Shown one piece after another: positions 40,924 to 54,267 of a stretch of DNA of 64,000 nucleotides (the stretch's first letter is position 1; each line of letters opens with the position of its first letter). This DNA comes from Octopus vulgaris (taxonomy: Eukaryota): contig OX597823.1 of NCBI GenBank assembly GCA_951406725.2, forward strand, positions 34,534,001 through 34,598,000. Direction: 5' to 3'. The notes beneath the pieces were generated by a model, which did no database searches, was not told the DNA's origin, and saw only the letters and a list, made by a program, of their open reading frames with translations. The translations under genes and the position numbers were made by a program.

Positions 40924-42121
40924 TAGCAGAGTTACCTGGCGTTGCTCGGGATTAAAATGGTATAGTTTGTTTATATATATTACAGTTATGTTGAAACAGG
41001 TGATGTGGGAAAGTGCAGCATTGACGACAAAACATTTGTAGAGTAAATGATGGTCTAATTCGACTCATTGACATGTAATACATCCAACCTAGCGTGGAAA
41101 ATTGTGGTGGATATACTCGCCTTTGAGGCGTTCAGCGCTGCGTCTAACAAGACCCATCGTATGGTTAACAGTCAAATGAATGGAGGTGTAATGGAGATAT
41201 TGTACGTAAATGGGTACATTCTGGAAATGGGCTGCAATCGGAGATGGTGACGGGGAAGTGAACTGTCGGAAGAGGTTGAGGAGGAGCTGGTAGTGCTGGC
41301 AATCTTACCTTACCGTCTGAGCTGCACATGCCATTAGTTTCGTTTGAAAATTTGAAAGCTTTGCAGAAATGACAATTTGAGTGTAGCACACCAATTTGTA
41401 CAGAATTATCGTTTTTATAAGGCTGGGATGGATCATATCTGAAAGCAGCTCCTGGTGTTGTGAAGAACGAATTTGCCTGTGATCTATTTCTGAGAGCTAT
41501 TATATTGGACATCTATTTAATCTGGCGTGCTAAACGTTGTTCTAATGACTCGGCATTAAGTATTGCAGCATGCTTTAGCTGATCTTGGGAAAGTCTCATC
41601 TCCTTTCTCTCTTGAGACTCCATTTGACGTGCTGCATCATGCCTCTGATGATCCTGAGAAAGTCTCATCTCTGTTCCTTGTTGAGACACTCGCTTTCGGT
41701 TTTCTCCAATCGTCCTCGCTTTATACGTGTTTCTAAGAGATTACGTCTTTTTTTAGGTGGCATATTTTTCAATATTGTAAGCAAAAAATAATGAACATAG
41801 AAAAAATATACATTAATCTCTATTTTTGTAAGCAGTTGTATGTATATAGTATGTCCGTGTTTTTGTATGCAGTGTAAATTAACGAAATATAAGCAAATGA
41901 AGGAAATAGCACATGTATGGAACTGCTAATTTAACGGTAAATACCACAATAATTATTACAGAGACATAGAATTTTATATTTTACCTTGCAGCTTCACAAC
42001 TGCTGCGATAATTATTTACTCGTAATGGAATGGTAAACGTGTATTGTTTTAAATGGAAATGAAAATAAAATTTCGTATTGACACTTCACGAATGTCAGTC
42101 GCCAGGTATGTATGTACAGAT

Positions 42122-42184
<63 letters not shown>

Positions 42185-42370
42185 TCATAACGTACCGTAT
42201 ATAGTATGTTTGTATTTTTGTATGCAATGTAAATAGACCCCCAGAAATTACATGTCGACACTCCTGGGGTGTCTCATAGTATTACCATGTAAAATGGGAT
42301 TTGATTTGATTGAGCCATTTGAGAATGCATTGGGAACAGACATACAAAGGTTTATGTTATATATATATAG

Positions 42371-42371
<1 letters not shown>
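40923..42371 (-). mobile_element. Helitron with RepHel N-terminal fragment
   Basis: Minus strand begins TCTATATATA.., ends CCGAGCAACGCCAGG..CTAG|T; ORF 41165..41512 AFRYDP..IGVLHSNCHFCKAFKFSNETNGMCSSDGKVRLP is the Helitron Rep zinc-finger-like region. Confidence 0.85.
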
Positions 42372-42444
<73 letters not shown>

Positions 42445-42491
42445 GTAGGTAGGTAGGTAGGTAGGTAGATAGATAGATAGATAGATAGATG

Positions 42492-42574
<83 letters not shown>
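42372..42574. repeat. (GATA)n/(GGTA)n microsatellite
   Basis: Direct reading; a compound (TCTA)/(TCAA)/(TCCA) tract also lies at 54789-55195. Confidence 0.95.
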
Positions 42575-42577
<3 letters not shown>

Positions 42578-42849
42578 CGTTAGTAAATCATAAATCTAAA
42601 AGAGAAGAACACTCTAAGTTTTAGAGTAGTAGAGAGTAGTAGAGTATTTAGATAAAGAGAGTTATGGCCGGTCTGTGAGATTATCTCGGGTTTCGCGTTC
42701 ATAAAGCGTTTGGTTTAACAGCGTCTCGTCAGACTCCATCGAGAACATTTGCACACATCTTCGTTAAAATACATTTGTCTTTCGCTAGGTTAGAATTGTT
42801 TTGTTAAAGTATTTCAAGTACTTCTCGATCTCTGTATATAAGTGTTTCC

Positions 42850-44785
42850 ACCCACTCTCTCACCACCTCCGTCTTCCTTAATCCCATGGACTCCCACCCC
42901 TACCTCAACTTTTCCTCCCTCCATCCATTCCTACTTCCAGTTCCTGTGAATCCGACGCCTGTGCAGCCGGGACCAGGATTTCGAGACCTAGTTCCAATAC
43001 CTGGCCCTCTGATTCATGCGTCGCGGATAACCTACCACTCTTGTCCAAACTGCCTTTACTCGCGTTTGTCTAATCGATCGCACTACCGCCCTCTCCTTTC
43101 CCACGCCGTTCTCCCAACTGCATCTCCTTCCCCTCCTTTTCCACCCCTCCACCCTACCTCTTCGTCGGGAGATCCTGCGAGTCTTCCGTCGCATCCAGCT
43201 AGATCCCACCACCCTCCCCAAACACCCCCATCGCCCGTCATTTTCGCTAGGCCGGCCACTCCACCTCACACCTCACCATCTTCGGCCTCGCCCTACACCA
43301 TGGATCCCCCAACTCTAGACTCCGCCTGGAACAGCGATACATTTTCACTCTACGTACTCAAACACCTTTCAAACTCAACACAACACCCTTCTTTCAGTGA
43401 CTTTCTCCACACACCTTTTTAAAAAAGAATATTTTATTCTATTTTATTTGTTTATTTTATTTATTTCTGTTACTGATCTATTTATATACTTTTTTATTTC
43501 TAATTTTTAATTTTTATTATTCATTTTGTATTATTTTTTTATTTTTTATATTCCTTTGTTTTCTCATGTTTAAATTTTCAACTTGTGTTTTTAATTAATT
43601 TCATTTACATGCACACACATTCACACATACACACACCTTCATAAGGACCCACACACACTCATACGTACACACCCACACACAACTCCATACACACTCATAC
43701 ACACACACCCACAATACCTCCATACATACTCAAACACTTACACATGCACAGCCACACCCACCCCACACAGAGGCACATATACACACACACCCACATAGAG
43801 GCCTCCCACCCCTTACACCCTACCCCGCGCGCACACGCACACGAACACATGTACACACACCACATACTCGCGTGCAAACACACACACACGCACTCCCACA
43901 TACACATACACACGCATGCCTGCACACACCCTTAGCTACACCAACGCACCCACACACACTCCACCTCATCCCACTCTCCCTATCACGCACGCATATACAC
44001 GCGCACAGATGCACATGAACGCACATACACCTCAACACACACATATACGTGCACGTAATACACTCCCACACACATTCACATGCACATAGACAAACACACG
44101 TACACACATATATGTATATGTATAGAGAGAAACAGAATGACACCCACACGCATTCATAGACAAGTGCACACACACACACACATATTCCCACTCCGTCTAC
44201 GCACACACACACGCACACACAAACAACCACATCTACTCATTTACACACCTTTCACTATAGCTGGTGACTTATGATTGACCTCTCAAATGTACATATACAC
44301 ACACACACAGAGGTCCTACCACACACACACACATACAGACGACGCACACAAACACAAACACACACAGTTACTACCACACACACACGCTACTACACACAGT
44401 TTACTACCACACGCACATACGCTACCACACACACGCGCATAAACACACGTAGTAACTGTCGCACAGACATGTTCTACCATACATACGCACACTACAACAC
44501 TCGCGCGCGCATACCCACCATCTTCACAGTCTCCTGTCCCAGAAACCATTTTCTCTTTCTCCTTCCACTTCAGGTCACTTCAGAAATGTAACCCCATGTG
44601 GACTGTTGGCGATTTTTTCTTATTTTTCCTGCTTTCTCTTTTGACTAGTCTGTTTCCGATGAAGAGCTATGCTCGAAACGTTAGCAACTCTCTCCCTTCA
44701 CCGAGCGTCAAATTAATATATTTCTTGTGCCCGTACTCACGTTTGTTTATTCTTTTAATTGCTTGTTTATTTGAACTGACTATAT
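42850..44785 (+). mobile_element. Decayed Penelope-like element (Neptune-like) with internal CA-rich expansion
   Basis: TTSVFLNPMDSHPYLNFSSLHP resembles the PLE RT C-terminal motif (KPTDSHxYLxxxSxHP); ends in hammerhead-like CCGATGA-AGAGC..GCTC-GAAACGTT (44656-44682) then (TA)n. Confidence 0.55.
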
Positions 44786-44795
44786 ATATATATAT

Positions 44796-45114
44796 TACGG
44801 AGATGTACTTGCATAGCGAGTGACTTGATCTGAGATCGTGTGCTGGAACGAAAACAATTGCAGCGTGAAAGGTGTTTATAAGCCATTTAAGAAACACACA
44901 AAAACCGTTAGATTCACTTCAACATTTAAATTTAATTTGTCAAAATAGTTTCGTCGCTTTGAGACCGCGACGCTGACAAAACTTCAGATGCAGCACCAAG
45001 TTTTGTCAAAGCGACGAAAATATTTTGACAAATTAGATTTAAATGTTGAAGTGAATCTAACGGGTTTTGTGTGTTTCTTAAATGGCTTATAAACACCTGC
45101 CACGCTGCAATTGT
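44796..45114. mobile_element. Fold-back PLE-like pseudo-LTR pair in (TA)n
   Basis: Arms ~44854-44962 and ~45006-45114 inverted; hammerhead-like stems (UUUGUCA/UGACAAA, GUCGC/GCGAC, GAAA) but no CUGANGA core. Confidence 0.65.
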
Positions 45115-45115
45115 A

Positions 45116-45167
<52 letters not shown>

Positions 45168-45191
45168 CACACACACATATACATACATACT

Positions 45192-45233
<42 letters not shown>

Positions 45234-46207
45234 TAGATAGATAGATATAGACAGATATATATACCTATATATACGTATAATATGCATACATACACACACA
45301 CATATACATGTACACACCTATATATATATATGTATCTCTCTTTACGTACATACATGCATATATACACACATATACATACACACATGCATACACATACATA
45401 CACATACATACACACATACGTACGTACACACATATATACACACAAACACATACATACATACATACATACATACATACATAAATACATAAATACATACATA
45501 CATACATACATACATACATACATACATACATACATACATGTACACATGCATACATAGCTTGCATGTATCACTTGATAGCCAAAGGCATATAAATGTCGAC
45601 TTTCAATATCAAATTTACTGTCGTCGCAGCGTTTATCAAGTCTATTTTTCGGTTGGTTGTTTATCACCGACACAACTCTCTCCTTGTAATCAGATCTACA
45701 GTATTGTTAGCCAGCTGCTGCACTCATGTGTATGAATGGCCTCTTGTGATATTGTCTTTATTAAGCTTTACGTTTTTTTTTCCTTCCCGTTCTTATCTTA
45801 CTAACATCATATCCACCCTCATTTCCCCAACTCTGACGATATTTTTTCTGACTCTAAAGGGAAATTCTAGAATGTGTGATTTAGTTTTTGGCTGTTTGCG
45901 TGTACCACTATATGAGATTATCAGAGACTGAGAGGTCAAGCATTTACACCAAGAGATAATGACACACAAGACTGTTTCCTACATCTATCCATCCATAAAT
46001 ACGTATATATATATATATACTAAGCAATTAAGGGTTTAGCAACGAATTGCCTTACCACACACCGAATTTAGAAATAACAGTCAAAGAGATTATAGCTATT
46101 TCTTCTACTAAAAGGGAGATCACAGTAAAGGCACAGCATTTGAAAGGCAAACACAAACAGGTAAAAGGGAATGAATTAACGGCAATCTATCATACAGTTT
46201 TAAGTTA

Positions 46208-46299
46208 CCTACGGACGTACGTTTCGAGATCAAGTCTTAGGAAAGCATAAGAATTAGATAACTCTACTTTACCCAGACTTCTTCTTTCATCAGCGCAGG
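46208..46299 (-). ncRNA. Type I hammerhead ribozyme motif, mirror copy of 46370-46461
   Basis: Reverse complement of the plus-strand motif, in the left arm of the 46017-46650 inverted repeat. Confidence 0.8.
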
Positions 46300-46369
46300 A
46301 TACAAACAATCATGAATGATTGAATATTGAATTTTATATATATATTCAATCATTCATGATTGTTTGTAT

Positions 46370-46461
46370 CCTGCGCTGATGAAAGAAGAAGTCTGGGTAA
46401 AGTAGAGTTATCTAATTCTTATGCTTTCCTAAGACTTGATCTCGAAACGTACGTCCGTAGG
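46370..46461 (+). ncRNA. Type I hammerhead ribozyme motif (PLE type, long stem II)
   Basis: Stem I CCUGCG/CGUAGG; core CUGAUGA at 46376; stem II AGA..AAGUCU/AGACUU..UCU with an A.C mismatch at its base; GAAAC-GUAC-GUC with palindromic loop; predicted cut after 46455. Confidence 0.8.
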
Positions 46462-46747
46462 TGACTTAAAACTGTATGATAGATTGCCGTTAATTCATTC
46501 TCTTTTACCTGTTTGTGTTTGCCTTTCAAATGCTGTGCCTTTACTGTGATCTCCTTTAGTAGAAGAAATAGCTATAATCTCTTTGACTGCTATTTCTAAA
46601 TTCGGTGTGTGGTAAGGCAATTCGTTGCTAAACCCTTAATTGCTTAGTATTACTTAAATTTTCCTCGAATGAGGCTTTTACATGCCGAAGACTACTTGGT
46701 GTAATTGATAATTGTTCCAAATTAATTAATTTCACCCTTCATTATTA

Positions 46748-46825
<78 letters not shown>

Positions 46826-46829
<4 letters not shown>

Positions 46830-47028
46830 ATCCAAACAAGAAAACACAGAAAAAAAACACAGCAATGCGAGGACGTGGAACAATTAAAGTATTATTTGAC
46901 GCTCAGGAAAGAAGGGAAGGAGGGTTTAACGTTTCGAGCGGAGCTCTTCGTCGGAAACAAAGGAGAAGGAAAGATCCCGAGAAGGGAAGACAGAGGAAAA
47001 AAATATATTTGCTGGTGGTGCTCAAGAG

Positions 47029-47033
<5 letters not shown>
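46826..47033 (-). mobile_element. PLE pseudo-LTR fragment, same family as 44600-44785
   Basis: Minus: GTTT CCGACGA AGAGC-TCC-GCTC GAAACGTT AAAC..GAGCGTCAAATAATA; (TA)n on both sides. Confidence 0.65.
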
Positions 47034-47075
<42 letters not shown>

Positions 47076-47204
47076 AACTTATATATTTATATACATAAAA
47101 CATGCATACACAAACATTCAGCATGCCCCCACAATGCATGTACACTTTAATAATTCGCTTAATTTTCATTTCTTTTTAGATTTAACTTCACATAAATGAT
47201 GACG

Positions 47205-47460
47205 GAAACCAGACTAACTTTGAACAAAGGAAATTTTTCCTAAAATGCTGCAGGGAGTTTGAAAGCACGGTCGAAATGCAAAAAACGATTTGGTAAGGCG
47301 TTTCAAACAGATTCATCAATGCTACGAATTTGAGACAAGTTTAAACCAAATGAAAATGCTCAGAATGTCTACAAGAAACGTTCTGGAACATCGGAGACAT
47401 CAAGGAGCCCTGCAAACAAGAAAAGGTACTAAAAATGTATTGCCAGAATTCAAGAAAATC
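47205..47460 (+). mobile_element. Tc1/mariner N-terminal fragment
   Basis: RLTLNKG../FEQRKFFLKCCREFESTVEMQK-like translation resembles mariner-family HTH N-termini. Confidence 0.35.
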
Positions 47461-47866
47461 TGTGTAACAAGCGATCAAAATCAAAAATTCTTTATGTTTT
47501 GAAGAACTGTTATTGGAAAAGTTGCATTTCAAGAAAAGTTTCATGTTCCCAATAAACAATAGGTTGGCGTCTCGTCAGGTGATTTTACAAGGGGTATCTC
47601 GTTAAACAAATCCTCTTTCTCTCGGTTTTAATACAACACGTTGTTAGTGACCGTAGCTTGAAGCCGTTGGGCAGGAATGACGACGACAGACAGATTCCTT
47701 TGTAATATTATACACGGTTGTTTACATGACTTTAGGAGTAAAGAAAGACACGCAACGGAACATGTCCCTCGTTAAACTGTCTCTATCGTTTGTTATGTAT
47801 TCAATGAACACTGAGGATTTCCTGAAGCAGAACCAGCAACAATTGTCTAAATACAGTGGATGACGT

Positions 47867-47964
47867 GAACGTTTCACAAATTTGCATGTCATCCTTACAC
47901 AGGGACCATTGATAATCTTCTCAGCATCGTTCCAATTTTAGTATATGTATTGCCGAAGCAATAC
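47867..47964 (-). pseudogene. U6: U6 snRNA pseudogene
   Basis: Reverse complement reads GTATTGCTTCGGCAATACATATACTAAAATTGGAACGATGCTGAGAAGATTATCAATGGTCCCTGTGTAAGGATGACATGCAAATTTGTGAAACGTTC, colinear with U6; ACAGAGA box mutated and no oligo-T terminator. Confidence 0.92.
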
Positions 47965-47976
47965 ATGCATGCATAC

Positions 47977-48014
<38 letters not shown>

Positions 48015-48577
48015 GGGCCTATATATATATATTACGTTCTGAGTTCAAATTCCGCCGAGGTCGACTTTGCCTTTCATCCTTTCGGGGTCGATAAATTAAG
48101 TACCAGTTACGTAATGGGGTCGCTCTAATCGAGTGGCCCCCTCCCCAAAAATTTCGGGCCTTGTGCCTAGAGTAGAAAAGAATATATATATATATCTTCA
48201 AGTCACATCTGCAGTGAGTTAACTTGGGAAAACCAAACGACAATGTAACCTTCATGTGATTTTCTCGGCCTGATAAATAGCTTCGCTGGGCACCCCTCGT
48301 TGCATCACAGGATCAGCTAGCTAAGAAACATATGTAACCTGGATTTTAGCCGTTCCACTCACTCAATTTAAATTTTTGTTTATACTCACACACACACATA
48401 ACTCCTAACCAGTATATAACTCCTAACCTAATACCCTAGCCCTTGTTTGTTTCACCATCTTTTTCGCAGTAGCCGTAAACCGGATGTGTTAATTCACCTC
48501 CGACAATAGAGAGCGGTCGCCATATTGTCTATCACTGTTTGAGTTGCATAATAGTGGTTTTATCTCTAATTCATATT

Positions 48578-48641
<64 letters not shown>

Positions 48642-48665
48642 TACATAATCCGAAATGTACAGTAT

Positions 48666-48704
48666 TCTTTTCTACTCTAGGCACAAGGTCCGAAATTTTG
48701 GGGA
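48666..48704 (-). mobile_element. 5'-truncated SINE tail with 14-bp TSD
   Basis: GAAATGTACAGTAT duplicated at 48652 and 48705 around TCTTTTCTACTCTAGGCACAAGGTCCGAAATTTTGGGGA. Confidence 0.8.
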
Positions 48705-49164
48705 GAAATGTACAGTATAATATATCCATCATGGCTGATCTTACCAATCGGTTTCACGCAAGGAATACAATGGAGTGTTAGGTAACAATTCAATTATATA
48801 ACCATATGCTCATCAGAGTTAGCATATATGGAGGGGAAAGTGTTTAGTTACAAAGAAATTATTTTAAAAATCTTCCGGTCAAAGTGAAAAGATTCGTGGT
48901 AAACTATATGACCACCACATGTATTAAACTACATTGTTATCTCATGTAGTAAACTATATCACCTGAAATAAAAAAAAAAAAGAGAAACGAAATAAAAAGC
49001 CAAACAAAAGACAAAACAAATGTATTTTCCTTCAGCTTTATAATCATCTTGTGTCGGCAATAATGGAATGCATGCAAATAACTTGTCAGAACGACTTCAT
49101 AATTAGGGATTTACCTGTCATATGGCAGGTAACTTCGGAAGTGTACTTTTGCCACCATAGGTAT

Positions 49165-49666
49165 CCTAACCACACGGTTCCGGGTTCAGTCCCACTGTGC
49201 GACACCTTGAGCAAGTGTCTTTTACTAAAGTCTCCGGTCGACCAATGATCTGTGAGTGGATTTCTAGCACAGGCATGGCTGTGTGGTAAGAAGATTGCTT
49301 ATCAACCATATGATTTGGGGTTCAGTCTCAGTGTATGGCACCTTGAGCAAATGACTTTTACTATCGCTCCGGGCCGACAGAAGCTTTATGAGGGGATTTG
49401 GTAGGCGGAAACTGAAAGAAGCCCTTCGTATAAATGTGTGTGTGCGTGTGTGTGTATCTATGTGTATGTCTTAGGTTCTGTGTTTGTCCCCGCCACCGCT
49501 TGACAACCGGTGTTTGTTAGTTTACTAGTTCGACAAAAGAGACGGATAGAATAAGTAATAGGCTTTTAAAATAATCCTGGGATTGATTTGTTTGCCTAAA
49601 AACTCTTCAAAGCAGTGCTCCAGCATGGCCGCAGTTAACTGAAACAAGTAAAAGATAAAAAATAAA

Positions 49667-49718
<52 letters not shown>

Positions 49719-50211
49719 CTTTTACATTTTTTCTTGTTTCAGTCATTTGACCATGTGGCCATGCTGGGGCACCGCCTTGAAGAATTTTTAGTCGAATGAA
49801 TCAAGCCGAGGACTTAGTTTTATTAAAAAACCTGGTACTTATTCTATCGATGTATTTTGCCAAATAAACCCCAACACCGTAAATAAACGTAAACAAACCA
49901 ACACCAGTTGTCAAGTAGTGGTGGGGAAGAAACACAGACATGGAGACACACACACACACACATACATACATGTTATTCGTGTATATATGTGTATATATAT
50001 ATACATATATATATATATACACACACATATATATATATATATATATACACGACAGGCTTCTTTCGGTTTTCGTCTACCAAATCCACTCACAAGGCATTGG
50101 CCAGTTCGAGGTTATAGCAGAAGACACTTGCCCAAGGCACCACATAGTGGGACTGAACCCGGAACCACGTGGATGAGAAGCAAGCTTCATACTATACAGT
50201 AATGCCTGCAC
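49165..50211. mobile_element. Tail-to-tail pair of the microsatellite-linker SINE
   Basis: Plus copy 49268-49665 (extra head at 49165-49262), (TG)n spacer, minus copy 49718-50211. Confidence 0.8.
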
Positions 50212-50217
50212 TTGTAT

Positions 50218-50268
<51 letters not shown>

Positions 50269-52350
50269 CAATAATAATAATTTACTTTTATCGAAATTCT
50301 TGGTGTCTATACAAAATGAAGAAGTGAATGTTAATTTTTAAACGAAAAATATCCATTTCGTTAAAATAAAATAAAATGAAATAAAATTTTCATTTGTATG
50401 CGTCTTCCTATAACTACTGTGTCAGTTATTCCTTTTTCCGCCACCTCCACCTCCGCCAACTCCTCTACTTTCCCATCTTCCTATTCTTTCTCTCTCACTG
50501 TATGTTGTTAGTGTTCCTTTACCCATTGCCTGCCATCAAGCCTAGTACGTGCACCCATTCTACACCCTTTCTGCACCTCTTTCATTTTTTTCTCTTTATT
50601 CTATGCAATGTAAAGCGTGACTGGAGACATCAACCAACCGAACAACCAATACTTTCATCGGGTATTAATATACAGAGATGTAACGAATAAAAACAATGAC
50701 ATTTTAATTCAGAATGCCATAAAAAAATTTCATGTGATAGAACTGGACCTAACTCGAGTCTTTGGATGTTTGGAAAACACCAGTTCTTTACGTAAAACTA
50801 ACGCGGAAGTTCCACTTGACACATTTCCTGACCGGCAGAGACCTGTGAGCTCTTAACAATATTTCAGATGCTAGGCATTTGGTCTTGATCTTTGCTTGAC
50901 CCAAGACAGCAACCACATCAAAGAGGTGAGCTGTGGGAAAGGAGTTACTGCCACTAGTTTGTATTCTTTTAGGACGGTGCCAGCCACTTCGACTTTCTTT
51001 GTATCCGACACCGCTTCGGTGAGGCTTCTCACATTTGCCTAGACGCTTACATATGTCTTCTTACGTCGTTTGAGCCAGATGCCTCAAAACATCTCCATTT
51101 TCTGAGCTGTGACGTAAGAGTCTGTATGGGCGAAATGCGTAGCCGTATTTCGTCTGCCGTTACGTTCTGAGTTCAAATTCCGCCGAGGTTGACTTTGCCT
51201 TTCATCCTTTCGGGGTCGATAAATTAAGTACTAGTTACGCATTGGAATCGATATAATCCGTTTGCCTTAATCCGTTTGTCTGTCCTTGTTTGTCCCCTCT
51301 GTGCTTAGCCCCTTGTGTGTAGTAAAGAAATATATACATAGAAGAGATGAGCGAAGACAACCGTCCCAATCACCCTGGATGGGCCGTTTTCTATGAGCTG
51401 CTTCACTTTGTATGGATAACGGTACGGATGATATTATAGAGACATACTACCAAATGGTGGCCATCGATTATCCACCAAAGGAAAAATTATAAATAAAATA
51501 AATTGAAACAAGGTGATGTGGCACATATATATTTGTATGAGGGCGGTGAGCTGGCAGAATCGTTAGCACGCCGGGCGAAATGCTTAGTGGTATTTCGTCT
51601 GCCGGTATATCGTTCTGAGTTCAAATTCCACCGAAGTCGACTTTGCTTTTCATCCTTTCGGGGTCGATTAAATAAATGCCAGTTACGGACTGGGGTCGAT
51701 GTAAGGAAGGATAAAATAATTATCTCTCTACTAAAAGCACAAGGCCTGAAATCTTATGGGGAAGGAGGTTAGTATAATCATAACATTCTCTCGTGTTCAA
51801 CTGGTACATATGTTATCGACTCCGAAAGAATGAAAGGAAAATCGACCTCAGCTGGATTTGAACTCGGAACGTGAATATGGAATAATTTGTCGCTAAACAT
51901 TTTGTCCGTCACGCTAACGCATCTGCCAGCAATAAGAATGAGACGGGTTTTAGCCAATATAAGTATTAGTATGATTTTATAAGCTTCCAATGTAAAAAAA
52001 AAAAAAAAAAAAAAAAAACAACAGAAAGTCACAAGAATCGGTCGAGTGAGTCATTAAAGCTTTGACTCTTTATGGTCTGAGTTCTCGTCATGACCGAGTG
52101 TGACGGGGCAACTGAGCCTTTCATTTTTTCCAGGCAGAATAAAACAAGTACCGTTTAAGAACTGGGATGAATCTATTCAGCAAGGCCCTTCCCACAAAAT
52201 GTGTAGCTTTGTACCTATTTTGAAAACAATGATTTTTGTAGCTCTCAGACACAAAATGATACGATCTAAAGTACAATAGCATGAACAACATGAAATAAAT
52301 TTTAAAAAATTAAGATTAAAAAAAAAATGAAGAGGAAGAGTGATGCAAAC

Positions 52351-53304
52351 CTCACCGCCGTTGTGGTTTGAGAATGGTTGTTCCACTTGTAATAAAATCC
52401 TTTCAGTTTTGCGACTGGCCCTATTTCGGTTTTTTCGGGATGCTTTAAATTCACTAATCCTGATGCACTCTTTGCGTCTGCCGAGTTTAGCTGAATAATA
52501 CGTATAAAATTTTCGATTTACGGCAAAGTTAGGATGGAAAGCAAGCCCTAGAAATCCTCTTTCGTCGCTCCTGTAACTGCTATAAAGTACCCGGTCCTTG
52601 ATATCAAGAAAAGCCTTTTGCTCTCTTGTTTTGTTTCTGTAATAAATGTAAATAACTCCGCGTTGTTCGGCCACAAACAAGCGACCACTGCCGTCGCCGG
52701 CATGTCTTGCCACAACAGGACTCCTCAAATCCCATGCAAACTGTTCGACACACATACATCCTTCTTTCGTAATTTGTTGAATAGATATGTTGAAGTTGAG
52801 GTGTTCATTTTTTAAAAGATCAGGGTAGCAGTAGTCTGTATCCATCAGTTGAACAACCAAACAAAAACTTTCTTTGGAATTCAAAGTACCAAGAATTTCT
52901 TGATCGCTCGTTATATATTTAACCAAATCTTTGCATTTGGCGTAAAATTGTGAACAATAATTGGAACATAATCCGGGGAAAGAACTGGCATGCATTGTCT
53001 GCTCAGCGCTATAAATATGAGCAGCATAAGGGGAGCAAGGTTGGCACAACAGTTCTCGTAGATAGGGCTCACATGTTTGAAGAAGAGTATCTGAAAGTTG
53101 AGTCTTGACGTATTCATACCTTTGAAATATAGCATTTTCTTGTTGTTTGGTACAGCAACCGAAATCCCTATATTGAGAGCAAAATTCCAAGCTATTTGAT
53201 TGAAACGGTGGTTTAAAGTCTAAGCACTGAGGATGGCACTTCACAATGTCACGAGTGGAAAATATTGCTGTAATTATTAAAACCCACAATTTGCTGAACT
53301 CCAT
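52351..53304 (-). CDS. HHIPL: First coding exon of a HHIP-like protein (HHIPL1/2 family): signal peptide, cysteine-rich folate-receptor-like domain, start of glucose/sorbosone-dehydrogenase-type beta-propeller
   Basis: ORF 52177..53379 contains MEFSKLWVLIITAIF (ATG at 53304), HPQCLDFKPPF..LEFCSQYRDFGCC, LLCQPCSPYAAHIY, DTDYCYP, HAGDGSGRLFVAEQRG, DERGFLGLAFHPNF, QPFSNHNGGE. Similarity stops at GAG|GTTTGC (donor after 52351); alternative donor G|GTGAGG after 52356. Paralogue assignment not possible by eye. Confidence 0.92.
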
Positions 53305-54118
53305 CGTTGATGCTATTTTTTTTCTTTCTATTTTTCTTTCTTTGAATTCATAGAATAAAACAAAACTTTCAAGAAACAATTGAAATGTTTTGCCAGGATC
53401 ACTGCGTTGTTCATTGATTCATCGAGCCGAATGTTTTCTTGACATTCATAATAGTGTTAGTACTTTCCGTTTTAGGTTATGTAAGAATTATATATCGTTA
53501 AATGTGTGTCATAAACTCTCTCTCTCTCTTTCCCTCTGATTACATTACTAGAAGGCAAAAAACAGTGATTTTGGAACACAAAGCGTAGAAATAGAACAGA
53601 ACATAAAAGAAAAAAAAAAACTATGTTATCAAAGTCCAATTTAAATACGACTAAAGCTATCAGGGTGGATTTCCAGCACTAGTAAAAATGCTGTCAAAGA
53701 ATATCAAAAGCTGAATAGCGAAAAATTCGTGAAATATGATCCGTATTTGAAAAACTGGAGTCGTATTGCCGTAGTTTAGAAATAGTTTGGTGCATGAATG
53801 ACTAAAGATTAGATTTGAATGGTTTAAATTTAAAATTTAGCAACACAAAATGCAAAGTTAGCACGATCATATGTGGGAGGGACTTGGTTTTGTTCCGGAG
53901 AGGGCGACACAAGTTTCAATAGGCAACTTAATAGCTCAGACAAACTGATTGGTTGTAAAGGCGTGTTTACCTCAGCACCGGAAAAAAAATATTTCATACA
54001 TTCTCTGAAAATTTCCATTAAAACAAACTGGCAAATTTAATATATTCGTAAATAATTTGATTTTATGGTACATGACGTAGTTAAGTCAGTCTTGTTCTTT
54101 AATACTGTTATGAAAGAA

Positions 54119-54160
<42 letters not shown>

Positions 54161-54213
54161 GATGATGATGATGATGATGATGATGATAATGATGATGATG
54201 TTTTTGTTTTTGT

Positions 54214-54267
<54 letters not shown>

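Larger units (their letters stand above)
46017..46750. mobile_element. Fold-back PLE pseudo-LTR pair in (TA)n
   Basis: Arms 46017-46327 and 46342-46650 are near-perfect reverse complements (~310 bp); right copy extends ~100 bp further; hammerhead in each arm; (TA)n on both flanks. Confidence 0.8.

Noticed and set aside
52177-52350. C-terminal part of the 400-aa ORF
   Set aside because: Lies past the splice donor and runs into AT-rich intron and a degenerate SINE; the 25 codons before MEFSK are likewise probably UTR.
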